Shown here in pieces: positions 51,630-64,000 of a stretch of DNA of 64,000 nt. Under the pieces are notes generated by a model that worked only from the letters and a program-made list of their open reading frames with translations, had not been told where the DNA came from and ran no database searches. Position 1 is the first letter of the stretch, and each line of letters begins with the position of its first letter. Source of the DNA: Nemertoderma westbladi (Eukaryota; Animalia; Xenacoelomorpha); assembly GCA_032718475.1 (NCBI GenBank), contig JAUCBJ010005512.1:62001-126000 (forward strand), read 5' to 3'. The position numbers were made by a program, and so were the translations under genes.

Positions 51630-54600
51630 TATTCCGGACCGACAACCATCTTGGAAAACAACCAACTTCCTCCGTCGGTATCCGAGAATTCCCTGTGGTG
51701 CAACTGAGAGTCCATGGGCTAGGTAAGAGCCTCATAGTAAACGCCCTCCTTGACTCCGGCAGCATAGGCACCTTCATTGACAAAGAACTAGCTGAAGACA
51801 TCTTTGCTGGACAACCCAAGTTCTGAACTCAGTTGAACCTTTCCGGAATTATGCAGGTTTGGAAATCCACAGTAGCTACAGATTACTACGTGGGTGCGTT
51901 GTCCACTCCCCAGGATGAACTAGGAGAACATAGTGTAAGGTCGGTCAAAATGGTGGCTATAAAGAACTTTGCTACTAGCCAAGTGGAGCCTTACAACTGG
52001 GATGAAGACCATTTTACCCAGCAACATAATATTCCTAGATTCAACACTGATTACCCAGGGGTGCAGATCTTAATTGGCCAAAATGCGCACGAAGTGCTTG
52101 AGACATTAGAAAAACGGCCTGCTCGACCGCAACCATTGCAGACGTACGCGGGAAGAACGAGAGTAGGTTGATACTTCACTGGACCTTCCCGTAGAACCCT
52201 AATGGAAAGACTCCCTAAGGAAAGAATACATCAGGTGAGTGAATGGGAAGAAGAAATCAGTAAGGGAGAAACCACCACTGAGGGAACCCCATACTCCTCA
52301 GATAATGACGACATTAATCAACTGTATGATGAGGAAAATGTCCTAGACATCCTCACTTAGAACCAAACTTGGTTAAACCAAGCCAACCTATGCCATCTTA
52401 TCAATCAACATGGCGGACAATACACATATAATGACGAATTAAACGAAGTGATAGATCGATACAATAACAAAATCCGTGATGAACACGCCGTACGATTCTT
52501 TACTCAAGAAGCCGTAGAGCCTAATTCCTACGACAAAGCCTTGTCTGTCGAGGAAGAGAGAGCCAAGCAGATTCAGGAAACGACTACACGTTATCTGAAG
52601 GACGAAGGTCGCTATGAGATTGGTCTTCCGTTCCGACGGCGAGAACCCAGCTTTATAAATAACCGACCTTTAGCGGAAAAGAGAATCGCACAACTACATC
52701 GGCATCTTACGGCCAATGTTCAAGCCAGGGAAATGTATAAAACCCAGCTGAAGAAATTCATTGATAAAGGATACGCAGAGCGAGTTCCGGAAGAAACACC
52801 CATAACGGAGAGAACATATTATCTAACACATCATTACGTTCCCAAGCCTGGTAAACCCAACAAAGTCCGGGTAGTGTTTGACGGCTCCGCCCTTTACATG
52901 GGTCAATCCCTGAACTCAGAACTGTTGCCGGGACCCAACTTACTCCAATCCTTGTTGGGAATATTATTAAGACTGCGGCAATATTCTATCGCATTCGCTT
53001 CGGACATAGAAGGCATGTTCTTACAAGTCAAGGTGCTGGATAGGGATTGAGACAGCCTACGATTTATGTGGTGGCCTGAAGGAGACCTCAACCGAAAACC
53101 GGTGGAGTACTGGATGACCATCCAGGCTTTCGGGATAATCTCGAGCCCCTCGAACGCTTGTTCAGTAGTGCGTACAACTGCCGATGACAACCGAGACGCC
53201 TTTTCTAAAGCGGTTATCGACAACATCAAACGGGATATATACATGGACGACAATTTAAAGTCCCTCCCATCGGTGGAAGAGGCCATTGATGTTGCCAAGG
53301 GAACGGTAGAGTGCTTGCAACGTGGTGGATTTCGACTAACCAAATTCACTAGTAACTCCCGTGAGTTTCTGGAATTGATCCCGGTAGAAGACCGAGGACC
53401 GAGGTGTTAAAGATCTGGACCTCATCAAGGACGATCTTCTGGAAACCAAAACGCTTGGCTTAAAAAGGGACACGGAGAGAGATATCTTGTTTTTCCAGTT
53501 AAAACAGCGAGATAATCCAGTTAGAACTAAACGGATTTGTCTAAGTATCCTGAGCACTTATTTCGATCCATTGGGATTTATTAGCCCAGTTATATTAGTT
53601 GCTCGGAGCTTAGTGCAACAAATGTGGCTCGAAAACCACTCGTGGGATGATCCACTTAAGGGAGAACTACTAAAGAAGTGGACGAAATGGGAAGATTCTC
53701 TACCATCCATCAAGAACTTTAAGATTTCCCGTTCATATTTTGGTCACGTTCTCCCCACGTATTCCTATCAACTCCATGTGTTTCGAGACGCCAGCGATAT
53801 GGGAATAGGTATAGTAGCCTACCTGAGGGTTGAAACTCCGGATGGAATTAAAGTTGCCTTGGTTACCTCTAAGGCCTTGATAAACAACAAATTAGAAAAA
53901 AACAAAAAGTTCCTCGAGCGGAGTTAAAGGCGGCTCTATACGCTACAGCCATCGGCTGGAATGTAACAGAACAGATCGACTATCCACTGGAGAAACTGTC
54001 TATTGGACTGATGCTTTACTCGTTCTGGAGTATATAACCAATGAAGTCTGTCAGTTCAGCATCTTCGTTACCAACAGAGTAGCCATTATACTCAGTCGCT
54101 CTAATGTAGATCAATGGAGACATTGCCCTGGGACGATCAATCCAGCCGACATCGCCTCCAGAGGAGCAACTCCTCAAGAACTGATAGATACTCCAGACTG
54201 GTTAGGTGGACCCATCTTCCTAAGTAAAGAAGAGGATGAATGGCCTCCTCATCTCACCACGGCGGAGATTAGACAAGCCAAGGGAGCGGAGAAAGTCAAA
54301 CCTAAAACCCGGACGAGTAAATCAAAGTTATTTAAACCCGTGATAGATCTGTCTGTACTACACACCTCCGGGGACGACGCCGTAGATCTAAACTCCCCCA
54401 CCACGAACAAATCTGTTATAGAAATCAGAGAAAGAGACTGGAAATCTGGAACACCAGATGTCTCGCAAGGACTCTCCCCTCTTCTGAGAGAGCAATAAAT
54501 CATTATAGCTCCTGGAATCGGCTTTGTAAGGCCGTTGTGTATCTTAAAAGATGTTTCCATCATCACTATTCCAGGACGAAGATCGCTAGTGATACCGCTC

Positions 54601-56103
54601 CAATAATATCCGAAAAGGTCCATGCTATTAAAGACCTTCCCGCTTATAAAGTGTCTGATAGGTTTCTGAATGAGAAGATCAGTTACCAAGAGCATGAGGA
54701 TACCAATAAGCAGATACTGAGACTCCTGCAATGCTACGAAGATTCCAATAAGTATTTCCTGTTGTTGAGAAATCCGCAGATGCGCTTAAGGGATCGTTTC
54801 TCTAGCACAATGATGGATGGGTTAATACGTGTCGGAGGGATAAAACTAAATTTCCCATACTCATTAGAAATCTTGAAACACAAATCAAGATGATTGTAGA
54901 TGTTCACAGTAGGCTTTACCATGCTGGTAGAGAACGAGTTCTTAGCGAAATTCGAACTCGCTATTATTTCCATGAGCCCCGTAGAGCTCTGAACCAAGTT
55001 CTTAGGAACTGTATACCCTGTAGGAAAGCATTCAGTAGGCCTTTAACACAGCGAGAGGCAGAATTACCTAGGGAACGAGTAAGCTTCTATGAACCACCCT
55101 TTACTAATACTGGTGTGGATTTATTTGGCCCTATTGAAGTATATCGTGCTAGGACTATAGTCAAGCGATGGTGTGTAATCTTTGTCTGTATGACCCATCT
55201 AGATATGGTGAACGATCTATCTACCAACAGCTTCATACTGAGTTTACGCCGACAGATCGCTCGTTTTGGAACTAGCAACACTATGAGATCCGACAAAGGA
55301 ACGAACTTCATTGGCGCCAATAATGAGATCAAAGCTTACATGAAAGGTTGGAACCAAAGACAGGTGGACGATCAGCTAAGGATAACGGCATCTAGCTGGA
55401 CCTTCACGCCGCCGATGCCCCTTGGTGGGGAGGAAGTTGGGAGAGATTAGTACGGAGCGTGAAGACCGCATTTCACTTTATAGTGCCGTGCCGCGCGTAT
55501 CTCACCGATGAACCTTTGCGGACGTTAATGGAAGAAATCGCCGCCTATCTTAATGAGAGACCGCTTATGCCAGTCTCATCGAGTCCCGACTCCCTAGAAG
55601 CGCTAACACCCGCGCATTTCCTACTGAAGAAACCTGTAGCCATGCTCCCTCAATCGGAAATCACGGACGGAGACGAATACTGCCGACAAACTTGGCAACT
55701 TATGCAGTTACTATCCCGTCGTTTTGCTGACCATTTCAAAAAACATTATCTTCCTACGCTACAACTTCGAACAAAGTGGTTTGCGCAGCAAGAAAACGTC
55801 AGCGCCGGAGACATGGTCCTTATTGTGGAATCAGATCTTCCATGTAAGAGGTGGCAGACAGGTCGTATCATCGAGACTCATATATCCGATGATGGTTTAG
55901 TGCGATCGGTAGAACTCGTCGTCATGCGACATAACTTTAAGAAACCTGGAATTGTATTCGAAACACAACAACTTAATCGCCCAGTTGGTCGTTTATGTTT
56001 ACTGGAACGAGACCGAGAGTTATCCGGAAACTATGGAAGGCAAGATACTCTTCCCACGACCACCTCCCTAATCCAACAAACATCTAGGGACTCCCCAACG
56101 TAA
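51630..56103 (+). pseudogene. BEL/Pao pol (protease, RT, RNase H, integrase) with stops and frameshifts
   Basis: ALLDSGS (~51745), KVRVVFDGS, LNSELLPGPNL, DIEGMFLQV, YMDD, FDPLG, LHVFRDAS, NPADIASRG, H..H..C..C, TGVDLFGP, SDKGTNF, LTPAHFL. Confidence 0.93.
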
Positions 56104-57000
56104 CAGCATCCAGAGTGGGTGTGTGACTACATTATTTTATATTTTTTTTTTATTATTTTTATATTTATGTATGCATTATTATGTAATTTTATTATTATAA
56201 TCGTTTTCTTTAATATTATTTAGTAGAATAATATTTTAACGATTATTCAGTAGATTAGTGCAATATATATTCGTGTTTATTACTTAATTACTTAGCATTA
56301 TATATTTCGTTTAACGGCGAGAAACAATTCATTTTCTCTTTCCTTACTGTCCGTATTATACTATAAATACATGACTACAGTAAGATGAAATGTCCGTACT
56401 TATTAAAGTACAAAATACCGCCCCTACTATACTCAAGTATTATTGGTAAGTAGAGTATTAGGAATGCAAAGTTCAGATCCTCGTGTCTCGGCTAAACCAA
56501 GCTCTGGGTAGACCTTGGAAACGACTTGCCTCTTCTCACTGACATTGCTTCTTGCAATATTGCTCTCATACCGTATATTAAATAATACATATAGTAGAAT
56601 GATGTCCATTTAACAGTAGCGTTAAAACGCAAAATAAATCTGTTAAACCCTTTGACCATCTGAAATTCTAGTCGATTAAGATATCGCGGCACCCACCGAT
56701 GTACTTGAAAGACAAATTCTAGAATCAGTGGTTAATGGCCCCAGACATGTTCTGGAATAAATCGGTGCCCATCTTAAATATTAAATATTTAATAAATATT
56801 TATAAAATCTGTTAAAACAAATGTTATAATAGAGTAAATGCTGACAAATTAACTCTAGAGTTTGTAAATCAAAATCTGTTAAAATTTCGATCCTTTAAAA
56901 TTCTAGTCGATTAAGATATCGTAGCACATGTTCTGGAATAAAATTGTGTCTACTTTAATATCAAATAATAAAATTTACGGGAATAAATTTAAATTCATAA

Positions 57001-58924
57001 TATTCGAAGAGACGGTAACAATACCTGCAATATCTTACTGTAAAGTTTGTAAATCAAATCATAAATCCGACCTTCTCACCAAAACAGTAAACTCTAAGTA
57101 AGCGAATATATTGCAGTATCGATCTCTTATAACCGGTGAGGCAGAAAACAGTCTACGAGCAGACAAACTTCGATAAAACAAAATCCCGCGCAGCGAATCC
57201 TAAAATCAGGCTGACTCACTGACGGACTAAGGGGCTCGTACACTTTGCCGCGGTGTGATTTATATGGTTTGGGCGAAGAGACGCTAGCTAGGTACACAGG
57301 CAGAGATTTGGAGATGTCTAACTAGCGGGCAAAGCACAGTACGGACAAAAGTTAAATTTTATATATTTTGAGGTGTAAATAATTCCTAACGCGCGTGTGT
57401 TAATTCTGAACGGTCAAAAACAGTTTTGCTCCTTCACATATATAATTACTGGGTACGGTGTGCATTTTACGAATATTCTAATTTTGCAACTTGTAGGTCC
57501 AATACTCACGAATGATAAAGTTCCTTCCCCTCTTGCGTATTTCCAGGACTCAAATTCAGGCATAAAGTTAATGCTACGCCCAGAATTCGGCAATTTTAGG
57601 TACCAGGTCCCTGATACTAAGAAGAGATGTGTTAGTTTACTACTGTAGGCGTACAGTTACTAATAGCTATCCTGGCTCCTATCTAGAATTTTAGTCACCC
57701 AGGTAGTCCGGGTAACTTCCTATTAGGGCGTTGGCGGGGACACGGTAGATGTTAGTATATCCCTAATAGCCTCAATTTATTTGCGCCTAGCTGTAAACTG
57801 CCCTACCGCCTGAACGGTACAATCCCAATTCAGGTGAAAACACAGCAACCCCCCTAGCCTACAAGTTCTAATGCAATGGACACTGTCGTACTACAAATAG
57901 TCGCACACACATCTGTACTTAGCAAGAGTTAGGCGTACAGTTTGCTGCACCCTACCAATTTGTATGCTTCGTACCGGTGTGCCTACGTCCTATCTGCGTA
58001 CTAGTATCTGCCTGCTCTTTCCCTCTCCCCCGTAGGAATGTGAAGGTCTACTGTGGTTTTTCCTGAATCGAGACAGTACAGTCCCTAAGATGTAATTTTA
58101 GGCTCACAGCGTGTCACTACTTCTACCTTTTGATCTTTGGTCTTACGCTTAGGTAGCGAGGTGTCGAACGCTGTCTAACCTTCAGGCGATGGGCGAATAA
58201 CTCAAGATGGTATTGTGGGTTGTCCCTTGTCTACATTCCCGTGATGTTCCCGTTCATTGCTGCGGCCCGATCTCTAGCCGGCCATCCTGTCCTTAACTTT
58301 GTTCACCGTAGTGAATCATGGTAAAACAGATAGAAAAGGCAGATTAGCAATAATTCTGACTTTATTACAGAAGATTATAATAATATGTACAATGTAATCT
58401 GAAATAAACTAAGCACGACAGAATTAAAGTGATGTGTGTGAGAGATTGAATGAGAAGTATAAGATAGATTGAGAGATTGAATGATAACTAATGAACAAAT
58501 CGCACCTTTTTATACTAAATTTGTGCCGCAATCAATCGAGAAAATTCTCGATTGTTCTATAGGTTCTAACGGGGTTTTAAAGATAGCTATTGGTCCAGCT
58601 AATATATAACTTGCACGACATTGGTTACAATCAAATAACTACAGTCTCATTGGTACAGACAAATGCAATTAATTTGTAGCGGTCAATTTAAATGAGTTGA
58701 AATTCTGCACAAAAAATAATTCGCACTTACTAGGATTCGAACTCAATACCTACTACACATATAATTTCCAACGCTCTACCGACTGAGCTACTGAACCACT
58801 TGACCAATAGGCGTACAATAGATATAACAAATACAAATGAGGATTCAAAGCAATCTTTTACAAAGTTAATTCGAATAAAATAAAATTTTGAAAATCCACG
58901 GCATTTAGGGAATATAATTCTATA
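57001..58924 (-). repeat. Probable 3' LTR of element 3 (left boundary uncertain)
   Basis: On the minus strand TTTTCATGGAGCGG (cf. element 1 TTTTCTGGGAGCGG) precedes 58924; TATAAAAA at ~58506-58513 and AATAAA at ~58350-58355. Left end inferred from loss of element 1/2 similarity. Confidence 0.45.
58711..58799 (-). ncRNA. tRNA-like Pol III unit (degenerate) inside the element 3 LTR
   Basis: A box TAGCTCAGTCGGTAGAGC, B box GAGTTCGAATCC, then TTTTTT; anticodon and acceptor arms not canonical. Confidence 0.5.
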
Positions 58925-59864
58925 CCGCTCCATGAAAACAGGATATTATCGTGCATAAAATATACGGTTTTCACCAATAATCAATCAAACTATAGAGTAC
59001 TTAGGGCGTACTTACATATTTACAATTAAATTTCAAACAATACTTCCTTTCTACGTAATGATTCGATACAAAATAATTACAAATTCAAACTTTACGTATT
59101 TAAGGCTTTACTAAGTAAGTACAATATAAATCTAAATTAAATTCACCAATATAAATCTATTGCATCTCAATATTGCATAAATTCAAACAATTACAAATAC
59201 AAATAAATGAAAACAATAAGAAAGGCTCGCGAGTCTTCCATCTACTATTGCATCTCAAATATTGCATAAATTCAAATAATTACAAATACTTTCGTACCTA
59301 AATGTAGATTGCATAAGTTTGGAATAATTACAAATATGAGTCTTTCTAAGCACAAAACTTTCTGACTATAAAACTTTCTAAATACAAAATATAACACTTC
59401 ACAAATAAAACTATAAGAAAGGACCACGAGTCTTCCATCTACTCTTACTTTCTGTGTTACTGTAAATACTGCCTATAAAATGTAAATTGCATAATATTCG
59501 GAACAATATAAATTGCATAAGTTCGGAATAATATAAATCGCATAAGTTCGGAATAATATAAATTGCATAAGTTCGGAATAATCACAAATATAAAATATAA
59601 ATTCTTACTAAATATAAATCTTTACTAAATATAAACATAAACTGCATAAGTTTAGAATAATATAAACTCCTTTGCATCTCAAATATGAAACATAAATCTT
59701 TCAAATATAAGTTCCTTCTAAATATAAACTTTCTAAATTTCATAAATTCGGAACAATACAAATTGCTTAAGTTCGGAATAAACACAAATATAAATATAAA
59801 TTCAAATAAATCACAAAATCATAAGAAAGGCTCACGAGTCTTCCGTCCACCCTTGCCCTCCCTT

Positions 59865-61809
59865 TTATCGCTTAGTTGATCGAGCCCTGCCGCGTCCTCG
59901 AAAACTGCGCACAGGTGACTTTGCTCGCGATATGGGACTCGTGGAGCGAGTCACTGGTTTACTTGGGACGTTGAGAGACGGTGCGACTATTTCCTCGCAA
60001 ATTCGTCTATTTGGCATCCCAAAACCCCGACCGATTCCTCGTGACCGATCAGTTGTCACTACAGTTGGTAGAACGTCTGGGAACGCGCGAAAAGCGGACG
60101 ACGCAGACCCAAGAGTAGCTTGCGCCCCCTGTTGATCAGCTGGTGTATGTCCCGATCCTCCTACTGGTTCTCTTGGAAGCGATACCGTATCCCGAGTAAC
60201 TCGAATGGTCGGCTCAACTCCCTTGCGTTCTTCTACATTAATAATTTTCTTTAATTGTTGGCCCACCTTTTGGACCCGTATGATCCTACCCTGCCCGTCC
60301 TCCCGAGGGTGACGTGCAGACGGCGCAACCGGAGTGGCTGGTATATTTGTCGCCTCTAGGACCTCTTCTTCCTCGAATACGCTCGCTCGTATACGTTTAT
60401 GGTAAAACGCGGCTCGGTACGCCCATGCGACGGTTAACCAAGCTCCTTTATTCCGTTTTTCAGTTCGGAAACGATCGAATTCACCATATGTAATGCGGTT
60501 AACGACTTTCTGAAAATTCCACGTGTTTTTGTTATCCGGGTGAATCTGTAGTAGATACTCGCGCACTACTCGGAATCCACTGTCGTGGGGCAAAATATCG
60601 ACAACCTCGATAAGTTCGTCATATTGGGGCATAGCGGAGATGTATCCTTCCGACATCATCGTTTGAGGATTTACCGCCCAAAATCCGAGATGCGCTCTCA
60701 TCGGAAACCGTCTTCTTTGTGCCGATACATGTTCGTCGGCTAAATCTTCCCACTCATCAAATAATTTCCTCACGAGTTTTACAGATTCGTGTTCATAAGG
60801 TATGTCTCTTAGTTGGCATTCAGATGCTCGATGTCCTTTTATATTGCAATAAGTACATTGAGCCATAAATCTCCAGCAAGTATAAAAGGTATGAGACCCT
60901 TGATCCCCACACCATCCACAGATTAGCTGAGTCGTAGTAATGTGCTTTCCACTGCACTTTGTCATATGATGTCCAGCGACGCCACATTTACTACACATCG
61001 TATTGGCAGGGTACCACACTCGTTCGTATATAAGATCTCCAATCGGTCGAGCGCTTCCTCCCACACTATAATCGTAATCATCTGGGTCTATGGGTTGGTA
61101 GGTTTCTGAAGGTTGTATACAAACTATAGCATCTGTTGCTTCAAGTTGTCGAATCTCCGTCTGAGATTTCTTCGGGAGGTTCCTTTCTATCTCAAGAAGT
61201 TCCTCTAAAGGATCGTCAGTGATCGTAGTAGTTACTTCGAAATCATCACCGAGGTGACCGATAGGCGCGCGCGTCTGCCGTGATTCTTCCGTAATCTCCA
61301 CGATACGTTCTCCTTCATAGGGTAACAATGTAAACATAGATGGTCTTTCGATAAGAGATCCCGCATTGATAATAAAGTTTATAAACTGAAAATGCTTCCT
61401 TGGTTTCTCTATCGTCCCCTCGAGTTCGTCTGTAAAGATGCATTCCATCAAATTCATCTCTTACCGCAGGCATAGGTTCGTGCGCCTTTAGGTATTGCAT
61501 GGTATGATACAAACGACTAATTTCAGTATCGGGGTCCTCGCTAATATCTCCCGTATCACACAAGGCGTCGTACGGGTAAAGTTCGTTGAAGGTTTTGCGC
61601 AAACTTTCGATTCTTTCGTTTAATGCATTTTGTCTTCTCTTTAATACGTTCGAGTCATATTTAGTTCTCGCGAGTTTCGCTGTACTTTCCGATAATTCCT
61701 TTATACCGAATATAGTGTAGTCCTTGGCTCCAAATCTTTCGAATGGCGCTGCTGCCTCCTCTTGGATATCATATCCCCATCTCGGCTCTCCTTGTATCCC
61801 TTTCTCCAT
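59865..61809 (-). CDS. Accessory 3' ORF of element 3 (two overlapping frames): N-terminal domain, 3x CCHC, conserved domain, basic tail; no exonuclease
   Basis: DPDTEISRLYHTMQYLKAHEPMPAVRDEFDGM matches element 1 DPMVELKRLYFTMMYLTADRPLPVVPDSFEQM; knuckles CSKC, CGWC, CTYC; WEDLADEH..RRFPMRAHLGFWAVNP matches WEANADLH..RYYPGRAYEGVYAFHP. Confidence 0.85.
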
Positions 61810-62471
61810 AATTAGGGGTGTAGTTACATAATCATTACTACTAGAGGGAATACAACAGAGTTTGTAGTTAGTTATGAGGAGACGTGAGAGTTTCGTCTGC
61901 CCTTTGGGCTCGACAACGCTCTAACCTCCTACCCATAGCCTAAGATCTAGGGTTTCTTTAATGACACGCTGCTTCTTATCTAAAATTTTTTGCCGAAATA
62001 AAAACGAATTTGGGCTAAACTGGCTGTGAGTCTAAAATACTCACTTTTTGATCCCAAACTATTATCAGAAAATAAGCAATCAAGAATTAGTAATAAATAT
62101 AGGGGAGTCTATTTTGACGTAACTTATTGAAACAAGACCGTGTAAAATTTAATTAAAAAATTTTTAAGAAAGGCTCGCAAGTCTTCCTCTCTTGTTTCTC
62201 TAATTTTAAGTTCCACCCGACTGTACCCTGAAATCTATTCACTGGAGAAAATTTTAAAAATTTTTCAAATCCAAATGGATTGTCTAAATTTTCGAAAATG
62301 TCTCAATATTGTGAGTTCCAAGTAGAATTCCATTTCTTATACCTACAAATCCCGCTCCTATGTGACACATAAGGGTACTACCCTCAACGTTCACATATAA
62401 AGACAATGGAATTCTACCGCTGTCCTTACTACGGTGTACAGGTACGTGGAAATCTATTTGTAAACTCCTAA

Positions 62472-64000
62472 TTATTTACTAGTATTAGGTGGAGATTTGT
62501 AGTCTCCAGACTCGTTACGAGTCTCTTCAAGAAGTACGAGACGTTGAGTCGGTCTGTTAACTGTACGACCGTCAATTGTCCGTACCGTCACAGTTCTTGT
62601 CACTCCATCCATAGATGGATGTGTGGCTAAAATTACACCTGTTATCCAGAAGCGTCTTTTTAGATTCACTTCCGCTAACAGCACGTGATCTCCCGGCTTT
62701 AATGCGTGGGTGTTATTGTACCAAGTTGTTCTGGCAGAAATAGAGGGCAAATAATGGTTTTGCCATATTTCCCAGAAATTGTTAGCCAGTAGTTGCGTGA
62801 TTTTCCACGCCTTTCTACCGTAGCTGTCGCTTTCTATTGGAATAGAAATCGGCGTCAAAGTGGTCGGTGCCTGCATTAGCAGGTGTGCCGGTGTCAAAGC
62901 AAACTGAGATTGTTTGTCATCGGGTACTAATACTATTGGTCTAGTATTTAGTATTGCCTCGATTTCAACAAACAATGTTGTCAGTTGGTCGTCTGTCAAT
63001 ATGTGGTTTACTGGAATGACCTTTGCGCCATTGCCGTCTTTATAGATCTAATCAATCTCTCCCAGACTCCGCCTCTCCATGGACTATCTGGAGGATTAAA
63101 CTTCCAAACAATCTTGTGAGGTTGTAGTTCGTTCGAGATTTGACCATGATCTAATTTCTTAAAGGCTCTAGCAATCTCATTCCGAGCACCAACAAAGTTT
63201 GTCCCTTGGTCTGAGTACAAGCATTTCACTAGTCCGCGTCTAGCGATAAATCGCCGCAGTGCTAGTATAAACGCGTTGGTGGAAAGATCCATCACACGTT
63301 CAATGTGAACTGCCCTACTGGACATACATGTGAAAATCAGTCCCCAGCGTTTTACTAGTATACGTCCACGTTTCGTATGTATGGGACCAAAGCAATCAAT
63401 TCCAGTCTCTGTAAAAGGTGGTCTGAATGCTTGAAGTCGTGCTTGTGGAAGTTCACTCATTTCCTGGGTACCTATTCTAGAATGTACCTTTTTACAAATA
63501 ATACACGTACGTGTCACTGAACTTAACGCTTTACTAGGTCTAATCAATACAAATCTTGTACGTAAGTAGGAAAGACAGTGGTGTCTTCCAGCGTGTTTCA
63601 GATGTAAATGTGCATCCAGTATCATTGCACGTTGTAGTTCGTGGTGTTGCGGTATTATTATTGGGTACCTAAAGTTTGTGTTAAAGTCAATGTTTTGAAG
63701 CCGAGATTTATGACAAAGTAAGCCATTATAAATTATCGGACTCCAACTCAGTATTGGTGACGACTTAATAGGTTGACCTTGATTTATGGATGTGAATTCG
63801 CGCGCGAAATATCGCAGTTGGTAATGGCGAATTAATTTAATCTCACACCTTTCAATCTCAGCCAATGTAAGTCTACGTGTAAAGTCGCGTTTGCCTTTAA
63901 CGTATTGTACAAAACGTACAATCCACGCTAATTTTCGGCAAGCGTTCGTCCAAGAATCTGTTAAGTTTACAATACGGTCGACGTAAGTATTTGTGACGTC
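62472..64000 (-). pseudogene. BEL/Pao integrase of element 3 (frameshift at ~63005; continues past window edge)
   Basis: H..H..C..C, TGIDCFGP, FTCMSSRAVHIE, LRRFIARRG, SDQGTNFVGA, GGVWERLI, LNTRP, LTPAHLL, DGVTRTV, RPTQRLVLL. Confidence 0.92.

Larger units (their letters stand above)
45312..57008 (+). mobile_element. BEL/Pao LTR retrotransposon, element 2 (decayed; 3' region interrupted)
   Basis: LTR, 1.9-kb leader, gag, PR-RT-RH-IN order; similarity to element 1 stops abruptly at ~57008. Confidence 0.92.

Overview
AT-rich, transposon-dense eukaryotic (probably invertebrate animal) genomic DNA. It holds three BEL/Pao LTR retrotransposons: the 3' half of element 1 (1-7334), a decayed near-full element 2 (45312-~57000), and the 3' half of a divergent element 3 on the minus strand (~57000-64000), apparently nested in element 2. 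Elements 1 and 3 both carry a homologous non-env accessory gene between integrase and the 3' LTR. It has a shared N-terminal domain, three CCHC knuckles, a shared post-knuckle domain and a basic tail; element 1 adds a DEDDy/WRN-type 3'-5' exonuclease-like domain. The LTRs of elements 1 and 2 share a ~570-nt block with repeated compensatory base-pair changes, and element 2 has no tRNA primer-binding site. Also present: a five-level nest of DNA transposons including a piggyBac, an IS3EU-type transposon beside a 2.6-kb (GGATA)n array, LINE and SINE fragments, the last two exons of an astacin gene, an intronless CHID1, and an intronless ORF with a BCL9/Legless HD2-like motif. Short insertions resembling transposon excision footprints (TA-CCGG-TA; 5-bp duplication + CAG/CTG) are pervasive. 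All family assignments are by eye from motifs; no database searches were run.
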